This document shows, piece by piece, positions 20,673 through 29,642 of a DNA stretch of 62,039 nucleotides. The notes beneath the pieces are model-generated. The model worked only from the letters and a program-made list of their open reading frames with translations. It did not search any database and had not been told where the DNA came from. Made by a program: the position numbers and the translations under genes. The stretch is taken from positions 1 through 62,039 of the forward strand of contig DZBS01000003.1 in the NCBI GenBank assembly GCA_022729995.1. Direction: 5' to 3'. The first letter of the stretch is position 1. Each line of letters starts with the position of its first letter. The stretch is from Draconibacterium orientale (GTDB taxonomy: Bacteria; Bacteroidota; Bacteroidia; Bacteroidales; JAADGE01).

Positions 20673-21173
20673 ATGGAAAAAATTAATTCAATTAGGATTA
20701 ACGGTAAAAATTTCAGACTTACCGATTCTGCATATTCACTATTAAAAGAATACGACAGATTTATAAGAAAAAATGTATCGGATTCTCATGTAATTGTTGA
20801 AATTGAAGTTCAAATGTCGGTAATTCTTGAAACCGGAAACCCCAATAATATTAACATTATTCAAATTCGAGATATAGAAGAAGCTATAAATTTGATTGGT
20901 GTAAACGAAAAAATCAATTTTAAAAGAAACTCGAGCAGACCATTTGAGCAAAAAAGAACAAAAGTGAAACGAGAAAAAACAGATGAGTTATTCAGAGATA
21001 AATCCGACAGTGTTTTGGGAGGAGTTTGCTCGGGAATTGCAAACTATTTGGGAATTGACTCTGTAATTGTTAGAGTTGCATTTATAGGATTAACTCTGAT
21101 GACGGGATTTTTCTTTTTGATATATATAATTCTGTGGATTTTTCTGCCCGACCAATCAAGAATACTAAAATAA
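20673..21173 (+). CDS. Short PspC-domain protein
   Basis: C-terminal LFRDKSDSVLGGVCSGIANYLGID...YIILWIFLP PspC motif. Confidence 0.85.
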   Translation: MEKINSIRINGKNFRLTDSAYSLLKEYDRFIRKNVSDSHVIVEIEVQMSVILETGNPNNINIIQIRDIEEAINLIGVNEKINFKRNSSRPFEQKRTKVKREKTDELFRDKSDSVLGGVCSGIANYLGIDSVIVRVAFIGLTLMTGFFFLIYIILWIFLPDQSRILK

Positions 21174-21183
21174 AATTAAACAG

Positions 21184-21274
21184 ATGAAACATCTATGTAT
21201 ATCTCTCGACTCACAACCGAATGATTATTTGAGATGTTCCTATCTGACCTTTAAAAACAATTAAAAAATAACAG
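21184..21274 (+). repeat. Start-codon-proximal hairpin element, copy 3
   Basis: CAG-ATGAAACATCT...AGATGTTCCTATCTGACCTTTAAAAACAATTAAAAAATAACAG-ATGAAA. Confidence 0.88.
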
Positions 21275-21359
21275 ATGAAAAAAAATATCAATATAAAAAG
21301 AATAAAAAAATGTAAAAAAAACGAAAAAAAATCAATATAAAAATTTAAAATTTAATAAT

Positions 21360-21722
21360 ATGGACATTGAAAATGCAACAGCACAAATGAGAAAGGGAGT
21401 ATTGGAATTTAGCATTCTGTCTATTCTCTCCAGAAATGATGCCTACGCTTCCGATATAATAAATGAACTGAAAAGTGTGAACTTAATTGTGGTTGAAGGA
21501 ACATTATATCCGCTTCTTACACGACAAAAAAATTACGGTTTGTTGAGCTACAGATGGGAAGAATCGGTAAAAGGACCGCCAAGAAAATATTATAAAATAA
21601 CCGAAGACGGAAGTCAGTTTTTGGCAAAACTCGATGAATCGTGGGAACAACTTACAAAATCCGTAAATAAGATAAGAGTTACAAGCAAAAACGCTCAGAA
21701 AAACGAAACATCGGATTTATAA
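21360..21722 (+). CDS. PadR family transcriptional regulator
   Basis: QMRKGVLEF, VEGTLYPLLTR, W.ES..GPPRKYY. Confidence 0.95.
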   Translation: MDIENATAQMRKGVLEFSILSILSRNDAYASDIINELKSVNLIVVEGTLYPLLTRQKNYGLLSYRWEESVKGPPRKYYKITEDGSQFLAKLDESWEQLTKSVNKIRVTSKNAQKNETSDL

Positions 21723-21749
21723 ATTTTAAAAAATTAATTCTATAAAAAA

Positions 21750-23357
21750 ATGAAGAAAGCAATAAAAATACATATAAGCGGATATGTTTTCACAATTGAT
21801 GAAGACGCTTATGATAAGCTTAATGATTGGACACAGAAAATTTCCGAACAATTTAAAGACGAAGAAGGCGGAGCAGAAATAGTTTCGGACATTGAAGCCA
21901 GAGTTGCCGAGCTTTTTAGCGAGAAAATGAAAGATGAAGAAACGGTTATTACCATTGAAGAAGTTAACGAAATAATTTCTATTATGGGAATGGCCGAAGA
22001 TTTTTCGGAAGAAACAACAAACGGAAATTCTTATGAAACAGAAAGAATAAAATTCAAAAAAAGATTATATCGCGACGACGACAATGCTTTTATAGGCGGT
22101 GTTTGCGGCGGTTTAGGAAATTATTTTAATGTCGACGCAGTTTACATTAGACTTGCATTTGTATTGTTAGTTTTATTCGGCGGTTTTGGTCCTTTAATTT
22201 ATTTGATTTTATGGATTATTACTCCAAAAGCAAAAACAGCAGCTCAAAAATTAGAAATGAAAGGAGAAAGAGTAAATGTATCGAATATTGAAAAAACAAT
22301 TAAAGAAGAATTTGAAAGTGTTAGAAAAAACATTATACGCCAAACAAAATCAGATAGTTACAAAAATGTTTCAAGCGGAATCGAGAAACTTATTTTGTTG
22401 ATATTCAAAATTATAAAAGTTGTATTTAAAGTAATACTTTATTTTATCGCAGGAATGTTTATATTTTTTGGAGCAATGTTTTTAATTATTCTTTTAGGAT
22501 TATTATTTTTTGGAACAATTCCTCATTTTGCATCAACATCAGGCGATATTTTTATTTTTGGAACAATATTAGAAGCAATTCCAATATCAATCTCAGGTTT
22601 TTGGGCTCAATTAGGATTAATAATAGTAATTGGAATTCCTTTGATAACATTAATTTATGCAGGAATAAAAATTATTTTCAATTTCAAAACAAACAATAAA
22701 ATAATTGGTATTACCGCAACAACTCTTTGGTTTATAGGTCTTTTCCTTTCACTGTCTATTGGTTTAAATATTGCCGGAAATTATAAAAACGATAATCAAG
22801 AAATAAAATCTTTCAATATTGATAAAACAAATTCCGATACATTATATTTAGAATCGAAAATTATTTCGGAAGAATATGATGAAGACTCTCAAATGGATTT
22901 GGACAACTATTTAATTACAAAAGAAAAAGGCAAACTTAAAATTACAGGTCATCCCGATTTTAGAATCGAGCAAAGTTATGATAAATCAACTTCCTTAAAA
23001 TTAAAATATAAATCAAAAGGAAAAAGCAGAAGAAATGCATTAAATAATATCACACAAATAGAATATAATTGGTCTCAAAAAGATTCACTTATAACTTTTG
23101 ACGATATTTTTAAAATTAAAGGCGAACAAAAAATTTACGGACAAGAAGTTGAAATGATTCTTTATTTGCCTGTAGGAAAATCGGTTTATCTTTCACCAAG
23201 TATGGAAGAAATTATTTTCGACATTCAAAATGTTCAAAATATGTGGGATAACAATATGACAGATAAAATATGGACAATGACAAAAGACGGTTTGAGTTTA
23301 TATCCAAACGAAAAACCCGAAAAAGATACTGAAAGCTACGATATTGATTTAGATTAA
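21750..23357 (+). CDS. PspC domain-containing membrane protein
   Basis: DIEARVAELF N-terminal domain, RLYRD...GGVCGGLGNYF PspC domain, TM helices, C-terminal soluble domain. Confidence 0.9.
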   Translation: MKKAIKIHISGYVFTIDEDAYDKLNDWTQKISEQFKDEEGGAEIVSDIEARVAELFSEKMKDEETVITIEEVNEIISIMGMAEDFSEETTNGNSYETERIKFKKRLYRDDDNAFIGGVCGGLGNYFNVDAVYIRLAFVLLVLFGGFGPLIYLILWIITPKAKTAAQKLEMKGERVNVSNIEKTIKEEFESVRKNIIRQTKSDSYKNVSSGIEKLILLIFKIIKVVFKVILYFIAGMFIFFGAMFLIILLGLLFFGTIPHFASTSGDIFIFGTILEAIPISISGFWAQLGLIIVIGIPLITLIYAGIKIIFNFKTNNKIIGITATTLWFIGLFLSLSIGLNIAGNYKNDNQEIKSFNIDKTNSDTLYLESKIISEEYDEDSQMDLDNYLITKEKGKLKITGHPDFRIEQSYDKSTSLKLKYKSKGKSRRNALNNITQIEYNWSQKDSLITFDDIFKIKGEQKIYGQEVEMILYLPVGKSVYLSPSMEEIIFDIQNVQNMWDNNMTDKIWTMTKDGLSLYPNEKPEKDTESYDIDLD

Positions 23358-23380
23358 AAGTAAAATTAAATCGAAAGTAA

Positions 23381-23422
23381 ATTGAAAGAGAAATCCCGAA
23401 TTGCAGGATTTCTCTTTTCAAT
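23381..23422. terminator. Bidirectional intrinsic terminator between convergent genes
   Basis: GAAAGAGAAATCC-loop-GGATTTCTCTTTTC hairpin. Confidence 0.75.
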
Positions 23423-23444
23423 TTGTTAAAAAATTGAATATCTT

Positions 23445-24455
23445 TTATTCAACAATATCAATCCAACCAAACTTATCAGCTTCATCGCCATATTGTATAG
23501 CCATTAATCTTTCATAAAGTTTTGTTGAAATTTTTCCGGGTGCTTGAAACAAATAATCTTTTTTATTATCAATATCCGAAATTTTCCCAATCGGGCTAAT
23601 AACAGCAGCAGTTCCGCAAGCTCCGACTTCTTCAAAAGTTGAGAGTTCGGAAAACTCAATTTTTCTTTCTTCAACTTTTAGTCCCATATCGGCACTAATA
23701 ACCATAAGGCTTTTATTTGTTATTGAAGGTAAAATTGATTCGGATTTTGGTGTGCAATAAGTATTATTTTTAATAGCAAAAAAGTTTGCCGGACCGCATT
23801 CGTCGATATATTTTTTTTCTTTTGCGTCAAGAAATAAAACATTTGCATATCCTTCATCATGAGCTTTTTTCATTACCGATAAACTCGCGGCGTAATTTCC
23901 GCCAACTTTATATTTTCCGGTTCCTAAAGGTGCAGCTCTGTCATATTCTCTTGTAACAAGCATTGAAACCGGACTGAAACCTTCTTTAAAATAAGGACCT
24001 ACAGGAGTTACGAAAAACACCAATAAAAATTCGTCGGCAGCTTTTACCCCTACACTTTTTCCGGTACCAATTAATAAAGGTCTTATATATAAGGAAGCTC
24101 CGGTTCCATAAGGCGGAACAAATCTTTTATTTAATCTGATTACTTCAAAAGTCATTTTTTTAAAAAGCTCAATTGGCGGTTCTGCCATTAAAATTCCTCT
24201 TGCCGAGCCTTGCATTCTTTTAGCATTTTCTTCTGCTCTAAAAACTCTAATTTTTCCGTCTTTTCCCATGAAAGCTTTTAATCCTTCAAACGATTCTTGT
24301 CCGTAATGAAGAGCTGTTGCTGCCATGTGAATAGGAATTTCTTCTGATGTTGATACTTCAATTTCACCCCATTTACCATCGCGATAATAACATCTTAGAT
24401 TGAAATCTGTTTTTAAATATCCGAAAGGTAAATTACTCCAATTTATATTTTCCAT
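23445..24455 (-). CDS. ilvE: Branched-chain amino acid aminotransferase
   Basis: LHYGQESFEGLKAF, LYIRP, KVGGNYAAS, ILPSIT, GTAAVISPI. Confidence 0.96.
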   Translation of the reverse strand: MENINWSNLPFGYLKTDFNLRCYYRDGKWGEIEVSTSEEIPIHMAATALHYGQESFEGLKAFMGKDGKIRVFRAEENAKRMQGSARGILMAEPPIELFKKMTFEVIRLNKRFVPPYGTGASLYIRPLLIGTGKSVGVKAADEFLLVFFVTPVGPYFKEGFSPVSMLVTREYDRAAPLGTGKYKVGGNYAASLSVMKKAHDEGYANVLFLDAKEKKYIDECGPANFFAIKNNTYCTPKSESILPSITNKSLMVISADMGLKVEERKIEFSELSTFEEVGACGTAAVISPIGKISDIDNKKDYLFQAPGKISTKLYERLMAIQYGDEADKFGWIDIVE

Positions 24456-24521
24456 GATACAATTAGTTTTTATAAAGTTATTTTTAAATTATTAATAAAA
24501 TTGATTCATATTTAATAAAAC

Positions 24522-24556
24522 AAAAAAGGAGTTTTGTTTTCACGCAAAACTCCTTT
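24522..24556 (-). terminator. Intrinsic terminator after the cyclase-HD gene
   Basis: AAAGGAGTTTTG-loop-CAAAACTCCTTT with a U-run on the minus strand. Confidence 0.75.
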
Positions 24557-24565
24557 AACTTTTTG

Positions 24566-25975
24566 TTATTCCTCTGTAATTAGTGTTTTAATTCGTTCAA
24601 TTTGCAACTCCTTATTAACAAGCCTCATGTTTCTGGCTGTATTTGTAAAAAATTGATGAACAGATAAAAATTTCACTTGCATTTTATTCCAATCGTTAAA
24701 ACTTCCAATCAATCCTTGTACTTTCAATTCTCTATAAAGCGTGTCGGAAACAGGAATAAAATCTCGCCTTCCGAGATAATCCAAGTCGGCATCGGCAATT
24801 ATGCTTTCCAGCTTTGTTTTCGGATTTGGAGGCAATTTGGTTGCCATAATAATTCCTTTAATTATACCAATTTGTTCATCGTCATAACCAAATGAAGGCA
24901 AAATTTCATCAACAATTTTACATCCGCGTTCTTCATGTCCTATTGCGCCTTCAACTTGACCAAAATCGTGAAACAAGGCAGCTGTTTTTAAAAGCAACAT
25001 TTCTTCTTCGTTAACTCCTTCTCCCGAACCGATTATCTCCACTCCTATTACAACATCAATAGTGTGTTTTAAATTATGATAATACAAGTGCATTGGAAGT
25101 TCACGTTCTAATCTGTCGAGAACATAATCGTTAATATCTTCAAATTTTATAGTTTGAAATCTTGTTTTAAAAGCTTTATTCGGATTTCTTCCTTTTCCGT
25201 CAACAGAAAGTTCGGGTCTGATTCCTTTAACTTCGTAAATAGCAATATCTCCTTTATATTTTATGGGCATTTTTGAGCGATATTCGCAAGCAAAAAATTC
25301 TTTTACAAATTCATAAGTCATTGCAGAAATACTAATTTCGCCGGGTTCGCAAGCCGATTCTATTCTGCTGGCAATGTTTACTGTATCGCCTTTTACGTCG
25401 TAAGAAATTTTCTTTTTCCCGGAAACTCCTGCAATAACGGGTCCGGTGTGAATTCCGAAAGTGAGATTCCAAATTTTTTGATTATTTTTTTCGGATTCGC
25501 CTTGAAGTTGTTTAAGATGTTCTTGCATTTCAAGAGCAGCAATAATTACTTCAATAGGATTTGTTCTGTTCTTTTTGGGAATTCCGCCGGCACACATAAA
25601 AGTATCGCCGATAGATTTAACTTTCTGAATATTATTCTTTTCTACAATTCCGTCATATAAGAAAAAGAAACTGTCCAGTTCATCAATTAAAGCCTCGGCA
25701 TCTTTCTCTTTTGAAAGTTCGGTAAAACCTTTAACATCGGAATAAAGAACAGTTACCATTTTATATCTTAAAGAAGAATCAATACCTTTAAGTTTTATTT
25801 GCTCTTTGGCATCTGACGGCAAAAAAGACATTAATTCGGAATTCCTGTCATTTTCTTCTCGTAACTCTTTGTTCTGGTCAGCCAATTCTAAATTTAGCTT
25901 TTCCAAATAAACAATTCTCTCCTTTAAGAGTTCAATTTCGTTACCGTTTTTATTAATTTCGTTTTCTTGCATCAT
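24566..25975 (-). CDS. Class III adenylate/guanylate cyclase fused to a C-terminal HD domain
   Basis: LYSDVKGFT, KVKSIGDTFM, YDVKGDTVNIASRIE; then YHNLKHT, ALFHDFG, HEERG, ADADL. Confidence 0.9.
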   Translation of the reverse strand: MMQENEINKNGNEIELLKERIVYLEKLNLELADQNKELREENDRNSELMSFLPSDAKEQIKLKGIDSSLRYKMVTVLYSDVKGFTELSKEKDAEALIDELDSFFFLYDGIVEKNNIQKVKSIGDTFMCAGGIPKKNRTNPIEVIIAALEMQEHLKQLQGESEKNNQKIWNLTFGIHTGPVIAGVSGKKKISYDVKGDTVNIASRIESACEPGEISISAMTYEFVKEFFACEYRSKMPIKYKGDIAIYEVKGIRPELSVDGKGRNPNKAFKTRFQTIKFEDINDYVLDRLERELPMHLYYHNLKHTIDVVIGVEIIGSGEGVNEEEMLLLKTAALFHDFGQVEGAIGHEERGCKIVDEILPSFGYDDEQIGIIKGIIMATKLPPNPKTKLESIIADADLDYLGRRDFIPVSDTLYRELKVQGLIGSFNDWNKMQVKFLSVHQFFTNTARNMRLVNKELQIERIKTLITEE

Positions 25976-26179
25976 ATTAAAGTAAAATATTTTCTACATA
26001 AATACAAGTAATAATTGCATAAATTTTAAACTTCATAAAATTAAGAATAATAAGTTTAAATGCCTAAAATTTTAATATATCTTTAAAAAAAAATTAATGT
26101 GAAATAAAATTTAAAAAACTGTTGAAAATTTATAATTTATTTTTAAATTTGAAGAATATAATAATTTTAACTTAAAATC

Positions 26180-27001
26180 ATGAGTGAATTAAGACCTATT
26201 ATAGTACCTTGGGATTTCTCCGAATTATCTGAATATGCTCTTGAGCATGCGATAAACATTGCTAAAATTGTAAAATGTGACATTTTTTTGGTTCATATCA
26301 TAAAAAAGCAATCGGATTTGGAAGCAGCCGAAGAAAAATTAATAAAATTTTCGACGGAAGTATTTGATAAATATGGAATTAAACCACTATACATCATAAA
26401 AGAAGGAAGTATTTTTACAGAAATTTCCGACATTATTGATGAGAAAAATGCGTTTTTCGCTGTAATGGGAACTCACGGAATAAAAGGAATGCAAAAATTT
26501 ACGGGAAGTTGGGCTCTTAAAGTTATTGCAGGTTCAAAAGCACCTTTCATTGTTGTTCAAGCACCGCCGGCTTCCAAAGAATTAAAAAATATTGTATTTC
26601 CGGTTGACTTTAAATTCTCCGAAAAAGAAAAATTACTTTGGGCAGAATTTATTTCAAGATTTTTCAACTCAAAATTCCACCTTTGTTATATTGATGTTTC
26701 AGATCCTTCTTTTAAAAAGAAAATTAACTCAAACATTCTTTTAGCAAAAAAATATTTGACAGATAAAGAAGTAGATTTTGAAATAGTTAAACTCGACGGT
26801 AAAATAATTTCAGATTCGGCAGTTGAATATGCAAAAGCAATTAATGCAGATATGATTATGATTTCTACAACTAAAAATATTAGTTTCCAAGATTATGTTT
26901 TGGGAGCTTCGGAACAAAAAATTATTGCAAACAAAGAAAAAGTTCCGGTAATGACTGTTAACCCGAGAGCCGACATCACAAAAACCGGCGGATTAACATA
27001 A
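26180..27001 (+). CDS. Universal stress protein (tandem USP domains)
   Basis: IIVPWDFSELS..AL, VMGTHG, second domain IVFPVDF. Confidence 0.9.
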   Translation: MSELRPIIVPWDFSELSEYALEHAINIAKIVKCDIFLVHIIKKQSDLEAAEEKLIKFSTEVFDKYGIKPLYIIKEGSIFTEISDIIDEKNAFFAVMGTHGIKGMQKFTGSWALKVIAGSKAPFIVVQAPPASKELKNIVFPVDFKFSEKEKLLWAEFISRFFNSKFHLCYIDVSDPSFKKKINSNILLAKKYLTDKEVDFEIVKLDGKIISDSAVEYAKAINADMIMISTTKNISFQDYVLGASEQKIIANKEKVPVMTVNPRADITKTGGLT

Positions 27002-27018
27002 GCATTAATTCTTTTCAT

Positions 27019-27050
27019 AAAAGAAGCTGTCCAATGGGCAGCTTTTTTTT
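27019..27050 (+). terminator. Intrinsic terminator
   Basis: AAGCTGTCC-AAT-GGGCAGCTT followed by a T-run. Confidence 0.8.
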
Positions 27051-27072
27051 ATTTATAAAAGAACAAAATTAT

Positions 27073-27080
27073 TAACTTTG
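27073..27080 (+). promoter_or_regulatory. Bacteroidota-type -7 promoter motif (TAACTTTG)
   Basis: TAnnTTTG just upstream of the GlyRS start. Confidence 0.55.
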
Positions 27081-27103
27081 CGAACAAAAAAAAAATATAA
27101 AAC

Positions 27104-28663
27104 ATGGCAAATCCTGAAATCTTTAAAAAAGTAATTGCTCACGCAAAAGAATACGGTTTTATTTTCCAATCAAGCGAAATATATGACGGACTTAGTGCTG
27201 TTTATGACTACGGACAAAACGGTGTTGAGTTAAAAAACAACATTAAAAAATATTGGTGGGATTCAATGGTGAAACTCAACGAAAACATTGTGGGTATCGA
27301 CTCGGCAATTTTTATGCATCCCGAAGTTTGGAAAGCTTCCGGGCACGTTGGTGCATTTAACGACCCGCTTATAGACAACAAAGATTCTAAAAAAAGATAC
27401 AGAGCCGACGTTCTTATTGAAGAACATCGCGAAAAAATTCAAGAAAAAATTGATAAAGAAGTTGAAAAAGCACAAGCGAAATATGCCGATAAATTCGACA
27501 AAGACACATTTCTTGCTACAAACGCCAGAGTTCTTGAAAGAAAACAAAAAATTGATTCTTTAACAGAAAGATTTCAAAATGCTTTAAATTCAAATAATCT
27601 TGAAGAGTTAAAACAAATAATTGTTGACGAAGAAATTGTGTGCCCAATTTCCGGCAGTAAAAATTGGACAGACGTTAGACAATTTAATTTAATGTTCGAC
27701 ACAAAATTGGGTTCCGTTAGTGAAGAAGCAGACATTATATATTTAAGACCCGAAACAGCTCAAGGTATTTTTGTAAATTACCTCAACGTTCAAAAAACCG
27801 GAAGAATGAAACTTCCTTTTGGAATTGCTCAAATTGGAAAAGCGTTTAGAAACGAAATAGTTGCTCGCCAATTTATTTTCAGAATGCGAGAATTTGAACA
27901 AATGGAAATGCAATTTTTTATCAGACCCGGCGAACAAGAAAGTTGGTTTGAACATTGGAAAAAAGTAAGAATGCAATGGCATTTGGCTCTCGAACCCGGA
28001 AACGGAAAATATAGATTTCACGACCATGATAAACTTGCACATTACGCAACAGCAGCCACAGATATAGAATTTGATTTTCCTATTGGTTTTAAAGAATTGG
28101 AAGGAATTCATTCGAGAAGCGATTTTGATTTATCGCAACACCAAAAATTTTCGGGTAAAAAAATCCAATATTTCGACCCTGAAACAAACACATCTTATGT
28201 TCCTTTCGTTATTGAAACTTCAATAGGTTTGGACAGAATGTTTCTTTCTGTTTTATCAAATTCTTTTGGAGAAGAAAAAATAGATAAAGAAGACGGAAGT
28301 TCCGAAATAAGAACAGTTTTAAAAATACATCCGGCTTTAGCACCAATAAAAGCAGCTATTTTACCGTTGATAAAAAAAGACGGATTACCCGAAAAAGCTT
28401 ATCAAATATTAAATTTATTAAAATTTGATTACAACTGTCAGTACGAAGAAAAAGATTCAATAGGAAAAAGATACAGACGACATGATGCAATAGGAACACC
28501 GTTTTGTATTACAATAGACCATCAAACACTTGAAGATAACTCAGTAACAATAAGATATAGAGACACAATGTTACAAGAAAGAATTTCTGTTGATAATATA
28601 AAAGCAATTATCGAAGAAAAAGTTAACATGCGAAAACTATTTGAGAAAATTGAAAATAGGTAA
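27104..28663 (+). CDS. glyQS: Glycine--tRNA ligase (alpha2 type)
   Basis: YLRPETAQGIF, FRNEI, FRMREFEQME, ELEGIHSR, IGKRYRRHDAIGTPF. Confidence 0.97.
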   Translation: MANPEIFKKVIAHAKEYGFIFQSSEIYDGLSAVYDYGQNGVELKNNIKKYWWDSMVKLNENIVGIDSAIFMHPEVWKASGHVGAFNDPLIDNKDSKKRYRADVLIEEHREKIQEKIDKEVEKAQAKYADKFDKDTFLATNARVLERKQKIDSLTERFQNALNSNNLEELKQIIVDEEIVCPISGSKNWTDVRQFNLMFDTKLGSVSEEADIIYLRPETAQGIFVNYLNVQKTGRMKLPFGIAQIGKAFRNEIVARQFIFRMREFEQMEMQFFIRPGEQESWFEHWKKVRMQWHLALEPGNGKYRFHDHDKLAHYATAATDIEFDFPIGFKELEGIHSRSDFDLSQHQKFSGKKIQYFDPETNTSYVPFVIETSIGLDRMFLSVLSNSFGEEKIDKEDGSSEIRTVLKIHPALAPIKAAILPLIKKDGLPEKAYQILNLLKFDYNCQYEEKDSIGKRYRRHDAIGTPFCITIDHQTLEDNSVTIRYRDTMLQERISVDNIKAIIEEKVNMRKLFEKIENR

Positions 28664-29630
28664 TATTGAAATAAGTAAATATCCGTTGTTGCTTGCACCA
28701 ATGGAAGATATAACCGACAGGTCTTTCAGGTATATTTGTAAAAGATACGGAGCAGATATTTTATACACAGAATTTATTGCTTCGGAAGCTTTAATTAGAG
28801 ATATCTATAAATCGAAACAAAAATTACTTTTTGAAACAGACGAAAGACCCGTTGGAATACAAATTTACGGTCACGACATAGAAAATATGGTTGAAGCCGC
28901 AAAAATTGCAGAATCGGCAAATCCGGATTTAATTGACATAAACTTTGGTTGCCCGGTTAAAAAAATAGCCACAAGAGGCGCCGGCGCAGGAATGTTGAGA
29001 GATATTCCAAAAATGATTGAAATGACAAAACAAATTGTTAAAGCAGTAAAATTACCGGTAACTGTTAAAACACGTTTGAGTTGGGATTTTGACACAATAA
29101 AAATTGATGAATTTGCCGAAGAATTACAAGACACCGGAATACAAGCATTAACAATTCACGGAAGAACCAGAGCTCAGTTATATAAAGGAATTTCGGATTG
29201 GACACTTATAGGAAAAGTAAAAAATAATCCGAACATAAAAATTCCGATAATCGGAAACGGAGATGTAACTAACGGACCGCAAGCAAAAGAAATGTTTGAC
29301 CGATACGGAGTCGACGGAATAATGATTGGGCGAGCAACAATAGGAAAACCTTGGGTTTTTAAAGAAATAAAACATTTTTTGGAAACAGGAGAAGAAATGC
29401 CCGAGTTGACATTAACACAAAAAATTGAACTTGCGAAAGAACATTTCAAAAAATCATTGGAAATAAAAGGAATGCCACGCGGATTTTTTGAAACCAGAAG
29501 ACATTTTGCACTTTATTTTAAAGGTTTGCCCGATTTTAAACAATTAAGATTAAAACTGTTAACTTCGGTTGAAGAAGAAGAAGTTCTTGAACTTTTAAAT
29601 CTTATCAACGAAAAATATAAAGACTTTTAA
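28641..29630 (+). CDS. dusB: tRNA dihydrouridine synthase DusB-like
   Basis: LAPMEDITD, DINFGCP, TVKTR, HGRTR, IGNGDV; TTG start overlapping the glyQS end. Confidence 0.92.
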   Translation: MRKLKIGNIEISKYPLLLAPMEDITDRSFRYICKRYGADILYTEFIASEALIRDIYKSKQKLLFETDERPVGIQIYGHDIENMVEAAKIAESANPDLIDINFGCPVKKIATRGAGAGMLRDIPKMIEMTKQIVKAVKLPVTVKTRLSWDFDTIKIDEFAEELQDTGIQALTIHGRTRAQLYKGISDWTLIGKVKNNPNIKIPIIGNGDVTNGPQAKEMFDRYGVDGIMIGRATIGKPWVFKEIKHFLETGEEMPELTLTQKIELAKEHFKKSLEIKGMPRGFFETRRHFALYFKGLPDFKQLRLKLLTSVEEEEVLELLNLINEKYKDF

Positions 29631-29642
29631 ACCAAATTTACT

